Positions 37,801 through 52,095 of a DNA stretch of 64,000 nucleotides are shown piece after piece. The DNA is from Kudoa neothunni. Lineage: Eukaryota > Animalia > Cnidaria. How positions within the stretch are numbered: the stretch's first letter is position 1; each line of letters starts with the position of its first letter. The position numbers were made by a program, and so were the translations under genes. The notes under the pieces were generated by a model. It was not told where the DNA came from and searched no databases. It saw only the letters and a program-made list of their open reading frames with translations. The stretch is taken from contig OZ199838.1 of assembly GCA_964304625.1 (NCBI GenBank), positions 15,848,017 to 15,912,016 on the forward strand, read 5' to 3'.

Positions 37801-40319
37801 TTCCGGGTTTTCGTTCACCTCTTGTTGCCTCTCTAAGAACTGTAATAATTCGTCGATGAATATTATTTCAATATATATCACGTATTTGTTCATTTGGAAT
37901 GTAATTAAAAATTCAAATCTAATGATTAATGTATATCTTTTGAGATTACATACTAGGCAGTAATTATGGTATACTAGGGTAGAAATAGAACAGTAATTTC
38001 GTAAAAATAGCAAATTTAGAATTTTTAAGCCAACTTATAATTTAAAAAAGATTAGATAAATTATATAATTTCAAATTAGGTCAAATCATCATTGGGGGAA
38101 AGAAATATAAGCAATATAATGCGGTGCCGAAAAGGGAAAGCAAACCCACCGACGTGCTAAATTCCAATTAATCTATTACTTGACCTCGTGCCTACAACGT
38201 TATAATGAGGTACACAAATTTAATTGACGCCGTCTATGATAATGAAAATGACGATGATATTCTAAACTCCATTGATTTTTTGACATTACCTCCAAACAAT
38301 GTTAATATTTTGACTGATGAAGAAAGTCCCTTTGTTTCAAGAGATTGTGATAACATTGACATTGGAAACGTCCCATAAATATGTGGTACAATAGAAACTT
38401 TCTCATTTGCTGATAGTGAATCATTAAATGATAAAGTTTGTGCTAAATGGTATAAAATATCTCAATCTAACGACTCATCTGTAATTGCCACTGAATGCCA
38501 AACAGTTTCTCAAAATAAATATACTAATGTGCGCAATGACTCAGCCACTAGATATGAATCCTATGAAATGTTCTTAGAATTTTTCGATGAAAATTTGCTC
38601 TTACATATTGTTAAAGAAATAAATATTTATGCACAACAAAAGAATGATCACGCGTTTCACTTAACCGTAAAAGAACTAAAGTCTTTTATCAGTATTTTAT
38701 TATTATCGGGCTACAATCGATTATCTCAGCCACATATGTACTGGGAAACTTCAATGAATTCTGGGGTTGACATCGTAAAAAAGTCGATGACCTATAAAAG
38801 ATTCAAGTTGATTAAACGCCACCTTCATTTTAACAACAATGCGAAACTCGATAAAGACGATAAACTTTTCAAGATAAGACCAATAATTCGAAAATTGAAC
38901 GAAAACTTCAAAAAATATGGATACTTCCACGACAACTTGTCTGTCGATGAACAAATGATTCCATATACTGGTCACCACTCCTGCAAAATGTATATGAAGG
39001 GAAAACCCGTCCGTTTCGGTTTCAAGAAGTGGTTTTTGGCGTCTTCTGATGGATATGTATACAGTTTTAGTGTATATACAGGTAAGGCAAAAATACACAA
39101 CAAGAATTTTGGCCTAGGTGGATGTATCGTGCTAAATTTTGTCGACGAGCTAAAGGATAGAGATAAGTTCCATGTTTATTTCGATAATTTCTTCACCCCC
39201 TACAAATTATTGGTTGAATTGAAAAGAAGAGGTGTTAATGCTACTGGAACAGTGAGGACGAACCGAACTTCGAACTGTCCTCTGACGACTCCGAAATTAA
39301 TGAACAACAACCACCGAGGCTACCATGAATATTTTAAAGATTCTATAACTGAAATCAACTGTATTCATTGGAATGATACGAAGCCTGCTACTTTTCTTAG
39401 TAGTTCGCTCACTGTTGAACCAATACAACATGTAAAACGTTACTGCAGAACAAAAAAGCGCTATGTATATATCGAACAACCTCAAATTTGTCATATGTAC
39501 AACAAGTACATGGGCGGTGTTGATACCAAAGACAATTCTATATCATGCTACAGAATAAGAATTCGTTCTAAAAAATGGTATGTGCCTTTTTTTCTAACAT
39601 GATATCGCTCGCAGCAGTTAATTCATAGAGAATGTTTAATTATAGAAGCAAAGAAAAAATCAGCTTATTAAATCACATTAGATACATTGTAGCCAATTTG
39701 ATCAGTATAAATAATTCTGAAAAACAAACCAGTCGATCATCCATCTCAAATATTCATGCTACGTCTTTATGTAGCCGACCTATGATGATTACTAATGCTG
39801 AGAAAAGGAGACGGAGATGTGTTGTGTGTAAAAAAAAGACTATCTACAATTGTCAAAATTATATTCATGTTAAATGTTCAATAGATTTTCATAATCAACA
39901 ATAGTTTGCTCTCTTATCGATATAAAACCGTTTATTTTTCGCATGCACTGTGACATAACGTTTAATTAAGAAATCGCACGTCGGTGGGTTTTCGTTCCCG
40001 TTTTTGCCCCTTGATAATTCTTACATTTTCATATGAAAATATAATTTTTAATTAATAATAATTTAACTACGTTATTGAAATATTATTTTCAGCATATTTT
40101 TTAAATTTTAAGAAAATTTAAATATTGGACCCGGAATGGGTTAATGGAAAAGTCAATAAAAAAATTTTGTAACATAAATAGATATTTTAGGAAATCAATA
40201 TATGTTAAAACAATATAGAAAATTTCAGACCTGAATTATTAGTAATTTTGGATAAATTAATTGTGTCAATGGACAGTCCCAGCAAGTGATTATACGCTAG
40301 CGAGTCAATAGCCACTGTC
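34898..40319 (-). mobile_element. Mutator-like (MULE/SWIM) transposon with degenerate transposase ~37636-35340; hosts a nested piggyBac
   Basis: ~100-bp TIRs (CACAGTGGCTATTGAC..GCTAGCGTATAATC.. / ..GATTATACGCTAGCGAGTCAATAGCCACTGTC). Imperfect 9-bp TSD TTCATATGT / TTCATTTGC. Motifs CPVHVSL..LSHNH, FPEHLSIDATYKL, TNNRLEALNSKLK and CTCKF. Confidence 0.85.
37797..40140 (+). mobile_element. piggyBac transposon (PGBD3-like transposase, 38529-39904) nested in the MULE
   Basis: TTAA TSDs; TIRs CCCATTCCGGGT / ACCCGGAATGGG. The 357-aa ORF has all three Asp motifs (SVDEQMIP, YFDNFF, YMGGVD); stops break the N- and C-terminal parts. Confidence 0.95.
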
Positions 40320-41074
40320 TTCATTTGCCGTTAGTTTTAACTATTTTTAATTATTTCTAGTATATAAGAGTGAAAGATTTGGGAAATAAATAATTTGATT
40401 GAGCAACATCTACAAAATAAAATCTGTACACAGCTCGTGCGTGAGAGTTGGTGGGATTAAAAATTGTTATTATGCAAGCGTACGTGCTTTTTAAGACCAT
40501 AATCTACCCCTCAAATAGCCTCTGCAAAAGTGAAATCAGTATAAAGTCTTAAGATAAATGTGAATTTTGTTTCCAAGTTAGAGGAGTAAATTTGAAAAAA
40601 ACGGCAGAGAACCCCTGCCGTAAACAGTTCTTTTTGATTTAAAATTTCGATTGAATGATAATTTAGTTTAATTGATTAATAAATTCATCTAAGGAATATA
40701 GAAAGGGAGTGAATTGTGGTAGGAACATTATTTTGTGACCGCTTCATCACTTTGTCGTTTGGTCAAGTTGGTTATATAGAATCATACGTTATACATTCTT
40801 AAAAGTGGATTTTGATCTTGAAAATATTAATTAGATATTAGAATGTAGCGAATGTTTAACGTTACTACAAAAAGTAATTTATTAGAGAGCATATCGACAA
40901 TTCAACCAAAAAAGATTCAATAAATATCACAATATTCTAATTAATAAATTTAGAATTAACGTCCGGTTAAACCATAATATTTAAGGGGTAAATGCGGTTA
41001 ATAATTCAGAAGTTTTATCTTGAAGGTTATTGATGGTTGAGAATAGTTGAACAAATTTATTTTTCCTTAATTAA

Positions 41075-42842
41075 CCCTCCCCGGACGGAGCGATGTCCGC
41101 GTGGACCCCATGACACACATTTTTACGTTTTACTTTCTATTGACTTTAAGTGACTAATTCAGATTTCTGTTACTCTTAGGTGAAGAGATACTATTTAATC
41201 ACGTTTAAAAATCAAAAGGAAATTTTCTCAAGAAAGAAATGAAATGTTTAGTTTTAAACGAAAATCTAAAAAAATTAATCGTAACTATTAATTTATATAA
41301 TATATAAATTCTAATAATTACATAGAAATGAATAAGCATGAATAAACTATCCTGGAGTTATTAATTTAAGAGAATATTGACATAATTAAGTTTTTTCATC
41401 CATCTCAGCGATAGTCACCGATATTTGATAGGGACGTCCTTTGTTGGTGGGTAAACTTAATTTTGTTGAAAACATTCGAGTGTTCATAATTTGTTAATTT
41501 TAACTTTTGTTATAGTTTGGGATTAAGGCCGCGCAAAAGAAAGAGAACTGGAATAAAATAGACTAAAGGTAGTGATGGTATTCTTCCCAGTTTAGTCGTG
41601 TCTATGTATATCTCCGTGTAGCGTGGGCCTCGCCTCGGTCTCCACCGGGTCGCCCACCCGGGAATGACTTCCCTCTTTATTGTGAGGGATCGTGATTCTC
41701 GGATTATGACAACTTTAATTATGTTTATTTTGATTTAGTAATGTATAGTATAAGTTCAGAATATTTATTGGATATCCATGTTGATGATAAACAAATTACG
41801 GATAACGATATGGAGTTCAAAGGAAATTTGTCAGATGCTTCTAGCTGTGAGAATTTATTGGAATGTATTGATTCTCAGAGTGATGTTGAGATTGATCGTA
41901 TTGATTGCACCCCAAATTCAAGTCCTGTTACAACATCAAAATCTGATTTTGATTGGTATTGTAAACCACGAGAAAAAGGGTGGACTCGAGCACACAACAT
42001 GATTAATGCTACTCCGGGTCTTATTGGAAAAGCGAGAAACATTGAATCTGTTATCGATTCTTTCAAAATTTTCTTCTCGGATATAGTCATTTAAAAGATA
42101 TCATTCTACACGAATAAGTTATGTTTGAACATTTTTTCAATTTTCTTACTGTTTGTTACTCACCAAGCAAGTAAACAAAATAAAATTTCTCTGTTGCCGT
42201 TCTATTATCACAAGCTTTAATGACAAAAATAAATACTGGAATATTTTAATAAGTTTTGAACTGATTGATTTACAACTTAATGTAACTTATAACATTAAAA
42301 CGTAACCAATGTGAGATATTAACATCCAATTATTATTAGAAGAATAATTATTGAAATAACATCGTTAGAAACATTGTAATTTCATTTTTACGATCATTAA
42401 AGAGTGTAATGAAAAGATTAATTTTGGCGCGAATTTAATCTACTTTATTAGAGTAAGATTATGGGTTATTCGTGGTATCGTGCATCAGAATCGACCGATA
42501 TGATGTCATTGTTTTCATAACGAATGCTGTTCCTATACTTATATTATCATCACGTTTTATAACACCCTGAAATTAAAATCTACCAGAACATACATTACAT
42601 ATTCATTCAAAATCCTCATTACATATTGAAGATCTGTAATAGTTATACACTAGATTTATTTGAATTTTTTCAAATTTATAAAAGTTATATATTTTTTGAC
42701 TTCATATAATAAAATTTCGACATGTATTGGTTATGAACGCGTGATTTGGTAAACAAATTAAAAAAAGCAACTAAAATTGCTGGGTCCGTTTGGACTCCAC
42801 TCCGTCCCCTACGTGATTTTCAGGCGCATCGTCCTTCTACTG
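41075..42842 (+). mobile_element. Internally deleted piggyBac (PGBD4-like N-terminal fragment 41741-42115)
   Basis: TTAA|CCCTCCCCGGACG left end. Subterminal GTCCGCGTGGACCCCA / GGGTCCGTTTGGAC; the right TIR is degenerate. ORF HNMINATPG..SFKIFFSD followed by IILYTN. Confidence 0.7.
41508..41711. mobile_element. Candidate solo LTR (204 bp)
   Basis: TGTTATA...TATGACA termini, perfect 5-bp TSD ACTTT, internal AATAAA, GC-rich relative to flanks. Confidence 0.7.
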
Positions 42843-45027
42843 TTAATTATATTATATGATTGTAAAATAATGACGATTAAAAAATGAAAATGAAATCAAC
42901 ATAAATGTATAAAATGATATAATGTAAGGCTCAAGTTGTGTAATCTTTACCATATAACCTCCAAAGTGCGCAACATAAATTAAATTATGATTTGTCACCT
43001 CAAAACTCCTCTTATGCGAATAAAGTATATGATTATTCAATAATCTTATAAATTTAAAATAAATAGACTTTCAACGAGCAAGTTTTTAATATAAATATTC
43101 TTCGATTTTTTATTCATTCCTAGATTTTGATTTTTATATTGAATCATTATTATCACACTCAATAATACGCCCTCTCGAATAAATTTTGTATTTTAATAAA
43201 TATTCACATTAATTAAAATATTACAAATAACATTAATATTTTTATTGGATAAAAATGTACCACTTAAATTTTCACCATATATACTAGTTAAACTATAAAA
43301 TAAATTATGATTTATAATATAATGACTCTCAAAGCGAAACCGACATGAATTATAACGATGCAGTAATTAGTTGGTTTACCGAACTAATTGAGAGAAATGA
43401 CCATATTTGCCTAGGATAAATAATATTTTGGGTTGAATAGTCTCTCAAGAACAATTTAAAAAAAATTAATTAATACTTTAAATTAATCTACGGAATGTCT
43501 TCAATTAAAAATTGTTAAAAATATTATATTTTTACCAAATTTGATTATTCTTGATTATAATTAGGATTATTTTAGGTATATCATAAAAATAGCAACAATG
43601 AAACATGTATACAATCCAGGAACGGAATTTTACTCGTAATATTTCCTTGTCTGTAATCGACAATAAAAATTTAAAAATAAGCCCCACACATGATTAAATC
43701 ATGATGATTATACAAAATCGAGCACAGTAGGAACTATCATGTCACTTGGATGCATCCTTAGAACGCAAGCGTAGCAACGCTTCAAGCGATACCTGCCAGC
43801 AGCCTCAAACCTAATCCGCAAAATTAGTATATCAGCAATTGAGCCAAAAATATATTCGTTTAACGTTGAGTAAATCATTTTTTATATACCCTAAAAATTA
43901 TTACCATAGAATCAATATTTTTGTCATAGATTTTAATTTTTTATTTCACCATATTTAAGATATCATTAAATGAGTGTTCTAAGAATTTTTAACTTTACGG
44001 ATGATGTCACATAATTAACTCAACGGTTATTATATCAACAACAACTACAACAAATCTGTTACAAATTCATTTGATTTGAAAATAGAAAATTAATTGGAAG
44101 TTTTGTTTATTATATTACTAACTAAAAACTTGTAATACACAAGGTTTCCCATTTATGAATAATTTTTCATCCATACTAAAGTCATCTAATGTGAATAATT
44201 ATTATTTTGTAATAGTGATAATTAAATTTAATACAACAGCTAATAAAAGTGGTATTACTCCCGTAATATCTTATTAGTATTATAACTACGGTGAACACCG
44301 GTATCGAGGGGCACATCACTAAGATAAAATCGTTAGTATTGTTGTTCAATAGAGTTTCTATCCTTAATGTTATTAATTACATTGATTTTCGCGATTGATC
44401 ATCGTTTAATTATCAATGATAAATAGCCCAAAATTACATTATAATGGTATTTTGGGACAAAATAAAGCAAACAAACATAATCCAGGTGAATAATTATTTT
44501 AAATTAGATACTTAAAAAATTTTAATGAATAATACTTAACTATAACTAATATTGATTATTTAATGTTTATTATTATAAATTTAAAAAAAATGAGACAAAA
44601 TAATTAACCAAGAATGTTTATTGATAAAATATTCATTTATGATTTATTATTATGTTCAAATTGGACCAAATTAAAATGTTAGTAATTATAGACAATAACA
44701 TTTTAATATTTAGAATTTTTTAATTCAGAAATACAAATGTTATTTTTAGTTGGATTATAAACGTCATCTCTATAAGAGTAATCAATGCTTTTTAAATGAA
44801 TAAATAAGTATATTAAAGTGTAAAAAATAGTTGGACTAGGAATAAATAATTATTCATTATATTTTATAAACAAAAAAATTAAATAATATTGTGAAAAAAA
44901 TCTCAATAAAAATATTATGTTTAAAAAAGTTATATTTTAAACATATTTAATTAATTAAGAAGATTAAAGAGTAAATGAATCAGTTATTTCTGAGTATAAT
45001 AATAAATCGGATTAACTTCAAATAAAA

Positions 45028-46812
45028 ATGAAATTACTGGTGTTGTTGATTTTGGTGTCTTGTTTTTGGGAATATTCCCATAGCGAAACAGAAGACGAAG
45101 TAAAAATATAAAATATACGTAATATAAAGTTGTTATAAAACTCAAGATTGGTGTTATAATTTACAATGTGGGAAACCATTTCAAGTCTTACGGATACAAC
45201 ATTACAACTATAGACGGAGATCCTACAATTATCAAAATATTTGACGACAGTTGTTTTTTAAGTTAAATACTTAAAATATAAAATAATTATATTCCGGCTA
45301 TAATAAATACTATTTTAGAATTTGTCTCTTTGGATTCAGTTGACAAATGGAATGAATCAATTTATGGCTGTATATCTCATGTTACACAAAACAAGAATCT
45401 GGAAAATGTGAAAAGTGATAATATTCGGTTTGAATACGTTGGGCGGCAAGATTGGAGATATAATAGGTAATAAATCACATGAATGATTTTGATTTTATGT
45501 AAATATGAAGGAGACTTGATCCTACTAGCTATTTCGAATCGTTAAACGAAATAAATACCGAATTCAATAACTATTTTAATCTCAGCGACAGGGATTTCAT
45601 GAAAGTTATTGAATCCTCGACCGAAATGGCCAACAGGCTCCTTTCCATCCGAATAAATGACGTATCTTACACTAGAATTATTTTATTTTTGTCTTCATTA
45701 AAACACTAGATGTTAACCGAGGAATATGACTCCGCAATATCATATGAACAATATAACATATTGATTGGGTTTGCTGCAAATAGAGACGAAAATTGTTCAG
45801 TTGGGATCGAAAAATTATTAATGAGTAGTGAGGAAATCAACGAGATTATATTAACAGGGTCGATTGATACGATGCATGTTAATTATTATATGAAAGAAAA
45901 TCGAATGATCGTAATGTCATCCTTTCACACCCTTTTGATTGTTATGTTTTAAGCATCCTCATCATTTTGGACTTACTCGGCTAGAAGACGGAGTGTGTGG
46001 ATGCATCACGTTGGGAATGGCAATCCACAACCAATTCAACAGCATCAATAAAGAATGTGAGTTGATATCCGAAAATCAATTCTCGATATACCCATATGGA
46101 ATAAAAGATGACTTCAATGAAATTTTGTGTAAACAAAAAATTATTGATTATTTCAAATCAAACCAAACATTCCAAAATCACGTATGCAATAGTGAACATC
46201 ATGCTCTGTTCTCCAATGTTGCAACCAATAAAAAGTTTCTTGTATTTAATCTAAATAATAGTCTTCAAGTTTAATCCAAGTTTCAGATTTATTTACCACC
46301 AGATTATGATTTTTTGGGAGAAACCACTCTGGAGAATTTTCAATCACATGCTGATTATACATGCGCATCTTACAGGGAAAAGAGTGAAATTGTAAGCAGA
46401 AATGCTTTTTTTTTTCTATTACGATTTTGTTCTCAGGCTCAAGTATTTGTTTGGGTCAAAAGGTGTATAGTAATTCAGGAATATTTGAATTTTATTTCCC
46501 GGTTTATACAAACACACCAACTCAATTACACATTGGTGGTAGGTTTTATTAGATATTAAATTAAATTGTTAGTGTTTTCATCAATGCTTTTAGAAGTATG
46601 ATACGGAATGGTTGTATGGACGTGCTTTTACTGACCCTAGATACTCGAAAAGAGTTCGGATATACAATCTTTGTAAAACCAATAAAGAAAAACTTCCCAA
46701 GGGAGCCATTGCAGGAATAATCCTATTAATTATCTTTCTTATAATAGTTTGCGCTGCTATTATTGCAGCAGAAATAAGAAGAAAACAATTTAGAGGTATC
46801 TGGAGGCCATAG
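45028..46812 (+). CDS. Paralog 3 of divergent GDA1/CD39-like membrane protein family
   Basis: Signal peptide MKLLVLLILVSCFWEYSHS; intron 45100-45146. Then IGVIIYNVGNHFKSYGYNI, GCISHV..FEYVGRQDWR, STEMANRLL, LCKQKIIDYFKSN..VCN, IYLPPDYDF and KYDTEWLYGRAFTDP + TM (GAIAGIILLIIFLIIVCAAII). Confidence 0.85.
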
Positions 46813-48393
46813 ACAAGAGACAAGACGCAAAAGTTACTATACTGTTGACTTCTAGATATAGCTAAAATAAATATTATTTTTGTTTAAATCTTTTATTTCA
46901 ATATATTATATATAAGTGATTCGTCATTACAATAATATTTATTAAATTATAAACCGCAATTACAATATGACATAATAATGATTCAATTATAATATTTTAT
47001 TTTTAAATCTTCTCAGTTATATTTAACTGAGAAATGGACGACCCTCTTGTGGTGCTTACGATTTCGACCACCTGGGGCTTTTGGATACAAGGAATTAAAA
47101 AATATCGAACATATGATTATGGGTTTCAGAAATAACATTCTGATTATTTAATTCGTCAGCTGAACGTTAAAATAATGCATATATATATATATATATATAT
47201 ATTAAGAAATCTTCAGTTTAAGCGGACGTTCTACATCGCAATCTAATGACATTTTAATCTCTTCAAACGAATCAACGACAAATCAAGCCGAGGCAACAAT
47301 AATTCATATTTCTAATATGAGAGTACCCCAGATTCTTAACATTGGATTTAAATTAATCAAAATTAAATGTCACAATCATAAAAAATTTAATCAAACTAAA
47401 GAAAGATAAAATTATATGAATATAAATAAAACTTGGGCCCTAAAATTCGAATTTTAACAAATGAAAAGCGGTAATTAATACAGAAATGGGCCCATAGAGG
47501 CTAAGATGTTCCATAAAGGGTTAAAAGGCTATTATCTAGATTCTAGAAGGTGTTGGTCGCTATTGCTAAATACTAAAATTTGTTAATCTCCAGTTTCTAT
47601 CAACGGGTGCTAATAAAATTGATTGGATATAGTTTAAAAATTTATAATTTACAAAAATAATAGAATAATATTGGTAAAACAACCATTAAATATTGATTTA
47701 AAATTCATAGTTTAATTAAATATTAAGTAAAAATTCTTTCACAAGTAATTTTATGTAATAAATTATCGTAATATTACATAATTTCCGTATTTAATTTAAG
47801 TATTTATAGTTAACTTCTAAAAAAACATATGAACATATTTAAAATTTATATATTTAAAAAGTCCTAAAATATATTGATATATGTAAACATAGTATTTCCT
47901 ATATAAGATATTCAACTCAAACGGTAATATATTATTATTAAATAATATTTCTAATAAAACTATGTTCAAAAATATCAATATTTTATGTTGTGAGTTCTTG
48001 CCCTAAAAATTCTTAAACTTATTATATAACATAAATTTTTGTTTCTAAAATAATATGGACATGTAAGAATGAAAAAATTTTTAAATTAATATTTTATACA
48101 TCTACAATCAAAAATAATTATTGCACTCTATTTTTTTGGCAACAAAGTAAGCAACACATATTCTATACGAAATACCCTCCTATTATTATTATTATTATTA
48201 TTTATTATTATTATTATTGCGTAGGCATTAAAAATAAAGTTTAAAGATTATCATTCAAATAAACTACTTAATAATGATTTTCTCTGTAATACTTGTTAGA
48301 AATCCGAATTTCTCAATGTTTTCTATAATTAGAAATATCACATTAATCATTGCTTCTCTACATATTGTGTAGTATCGCTTCCATGCTAATATC

Positions 48394-48801
48394 TTTTTTT
48401 TTGTTTACAAGATCAAACCCCTGGCTCAACTTGTTGGGTTGTGAAATTTGGTTTTTCTCCATTTACGCTTTAGGTAGCGTAACACGAAACCCTTCCCTTT
48501 ATCTTTATACGAGAGTGTGAGGCTTTAACCTACTTAATATCTTCGTCTCAGGGCGACCACTATCCCAAATCCTATCACTATCACTATAAGGACGTTGGCT
48601 CTGTGAGTGTTGCAAATTACTTGCCTTTCCTTGGGTTCCGGAGATTCAAATTCCTATTCATGCTCATCCCCCTTTTAACAACTAACGTACACTTTAACCA
48701 CCACTCCCAAATATGGGATAGAGACCCACCGACGGATTCGAACCCATTACCTCAAGGTTCTGCGTCCGAGTGTCATACCGATGTGCTATCTGTCCTCGGC
48801 T
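48394..48801 (-). mobile_element. tRNA-headed SINE, copy 2 (uninterrupted)
   Basis: The reverse complement starts GCCGAGGACAGATAGCACATCGG..GGTTCGAATCC, shares its body with 22592-22987 and ends TCTTGTAAAC(A)9. Confidence 0.8.
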
Positions 48802-50343
48802 AAGGTAAGCATTGATTTACGCCTGGAATCCAATTCACATCTAAGAAGAGATCGAAAATGATTTATGAGCCAATTTTTTACGTCCATTTCTAGGTGTTGT
48901 TTAGATCGTCATTTGATTTTTCATCATAAGTATTAACGATTTTTTTATAACAATACAAATTTACTCATTACATTAGAGAAAAATGAGAAAGCGAGGATGA
49001 TGCTGATGATGAAACACTTAAAATATACCAAATTTTTTATAATAATAATAATTTCAAAAGTATAGTTAACAATTTTTACGTATATTTCTGTAGCCCAACT
49101 TTTCATTATGAAAATAAATTATATAACATCATTTTCGCATCATTAAAAAATTCAGCAAGTTATCTACTTTCTCTCAATAAACGAATAACTCATTTTTCAA
49201 AGTCCAACTACAAATGTATTTCTTTTATAACCCTCATTATTTCATATGTTAACGATCTAAATACATAGTCGCTAGATTTTTTTTTCAACTTGTTTTAATA
49301 AAATATTTCAAAAAATTAATAATTGTGAATTTTATTAAATTACTTAAATATAAAATATATTTAATTGTGCGCGCACGCATCAAAAGTGCATAAAATTGGC
49401 CAATGAAGCATTTTCAGCAACTTCTCTAGTCCCAAGAGAATTACGAAAATTCGATTATCTACTGTATAAACATCTGTTACAATTTAAATGAAAAAAACCT
49501 AAAAGTCATCAATTAATGGGCGCATAAAACTCGGCAACATTCGGACGGGTGAATGTGAAGTAATAAAAAATATTAATGAGAAAACAAAAACATAATCTAT
49601 ACTTATGTTTTTATAAAAAAATATTAATAACATATTATTTATATTTTTATGTATCATTTTCGAGGATTATGTATTATAGTAGAGAAACCACCCAAAACAG
49701 CAATGAAAATTATTTTAATAAACCAATTCTTTAATAGTTCTAAAATTAAGACAAATGTAGTAGTAGATTTACAAATTACTCGAGAAACTATTCTGATATT
49801 ATGCTATTTAATTGAATTATTTACTAAGTCGTTTTAAATAGAATCGTCGTAGGATTGATTCTTATCATGTAGCACACGTTGATTGGATATTATTTTATTG
49901 TGGATTTAAATTATTTAAAGTTTTTTAAATATTTATTTAGCACTATAAGATCATATATATATATATATATATGAATAATATTGATTGTTAAAAAATATTA
50001 AAGATAATTGCTAATATTTAAATGAATAACGGAATAAAGTTCTACATTGAAAATAACTTTATTTTTTTTAATTTATTAAAGTCATTTTTTAAGTGATTAT
50101 TTAGAATTTTTGTAGATACATATGATAACCAACTAAACGGATTAATTTTTATCATAATTATTTTTATATAAATAAAAGAATTGAAAAATACTATTGATAC
50201 ATTTCGTTCAATTTAAAAAATTTTAGACAGTAGAAAAATCATAGATTTATCGACATAACTGGTGCGAAAATTAGAAATTACAATATAAAGTTAACTATAA
50301 TCTCTTTATTACAAAAATCAATCCATCTGAAGGGATCAACTAG

Positions 50344-52095
50344 ATGAAATTTATTGGGCTAGTTTGTTTGCTTTATTTTTATGTATTTTCTGATAATCCA
50401 CCAGAATACAAAGTAACAACTCTCAACATGAACATATCTTATTAGTGTGTCATAGTTTCGTGCTATCATATACAGAGTTGGAAGGGAATTCAGGGTGTAC
50501 GTATATAAATTTCGTCCCGATGCTGATGATTCTAAAATAGTAAAAATATTTGAGGAAGAATGTTTTTCAAGTTGAATCGAGTTTATTCAATTCATAAATA
50601 CAGCTACAAATATTTAGGATATATTTATTTGGAGACTACAGAGAAATGGAAAACCTCACTACATAACTGTATAGAACATGTTCAACAGCATCATCTAATT
50701 GTTGAATCTAATCCTTCGGAAATTCATTTTGAGTATGTAGGCCGTCAATTCTTAAGAAATAAAAAGTAAACAATAGAAATATTTGTAATAATTCATTCGT
50801 TACAACTGAATAGATATGAAGATCCAGCTGGCTTTGAAACAACGCTGAAAGAGATAAATGATGAATTTAATTCATACTCAAAAATTGAAGGACGTCCGTT
50901 TATGAAAATATTAGATGAATGGATTGAGGCGGCTTGTTGGCAACTGTATATTCGATCAGACGAAGTCTTTATATTCAATAGAATTTAATGGGTAATCTTT
51001 ATTTAAATAATAGGCCCTAAAGTCACATTACGATGGCTTTATGTCATATGAAGATCACAATATATTGGTGGGTTATGATACCAATGATACCTTCAAATCA
51101 TCTAAAGGGATACATAAAATATTGATATCCATGAAAAATGAAAACCTCACCATGGCAGTTGGTGTGTTGGGTACTGTAACTAGGCACTCTTTAAGAATGA
51201 TCAATCCCAAGCTAGTATAATTAGTATTAATTTTTGTTTAAAAATTAAACATTTCCAAGAACCGATATCAGCACCGTGTGGATTATTTAAAGGCGGATGA
51301 ATGCAGTAGCGGTTATTTGCTTATAATGCTGGATTTATGGGATCCTGAGAGTGCCAGTTATACTCTCAAATCGGCTGATAATTTACGTTTATACCCATGT
51401 GATAAGCATCCAAAATATAATGAAAGTAGCTGCAAAAACATAATTTTCAAAGAATATAAAAAAGAAACAAGCTTTAAAAAAAATATGTTAAGTTCTAAAA
51501 ATCAGCTTCGGTTCCCAGGAAGATTATCAGAGAAAAAATTAATCGTGTCTTCTCATAATTGTGTCTCAAATTAATCTATTTTTAGGTGTTTACACCCCCA
51601 AATTATAAATATCTGGATGCATTCACAAATTTACAATCAATCCAAGATAATGCTGATTCAAGGTGTTCACAATATATTGATTATAAAAAAGTATCTAAAT
51701 TTATTACATTGATTGTTATATAAGTAATAAGGAAGATTGCTATTTTTGGGTAAAAAACTGTGTATCAATTCAAGAATACTTGAACATGGTTAAAACATTG
51801 ACCAACGCCCTGAAAATCAATTACGATTTAAAAGTACTATAGATTGTGAATAAACCATATCTAAATTGGAATTTCCAAGAAATACGACCATGGATTGATG
51901 TATGGGTATGCTCTCACAGATCCTCTTTATCCCGATAAAGTACACATCTACGATCTTTGCACCAAACCTGGATCACTCTCAAAAGGAGCTATCGCTGGTA
52001 TATCAATTTCAGTTATTTTAGTTATATCAGTAATCACTGGGGTTATTGTGGCAAAAATCTATAAATGGGCTTGTTTTGCTCTTCCAGAGGCGTAA
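50344..52095 (+). CDS. Paralog 4 of divergent GDA1/CD39-like membrane protein family
   Basis: MKFIGLVCLLYFYVFSDNPPEYK|GT, then FRAIIYRVGREFRVYVYKF, NCIEHV..FEYVGRQFLR, GRPFMKILDEWIEAACWQL, SCKNIIFKEY, VFTPPNY and KYDHGLMYGYALTDP + TM (GAIAGISISVILVISVITGVIV). Confidence 0.85.

Noticed and set aside
47480-47524. piggyBac element ending AAAGGG|TTAA
   Set aside because: No partner left end identified.
48603-48803. Short ORFs in SINEs and AT-rich spacers (e.g. 22861-23049, 15848-16123, 61324-61518)
   Set aside because: Chance ORFs inside repeats or low-complexity DNA.
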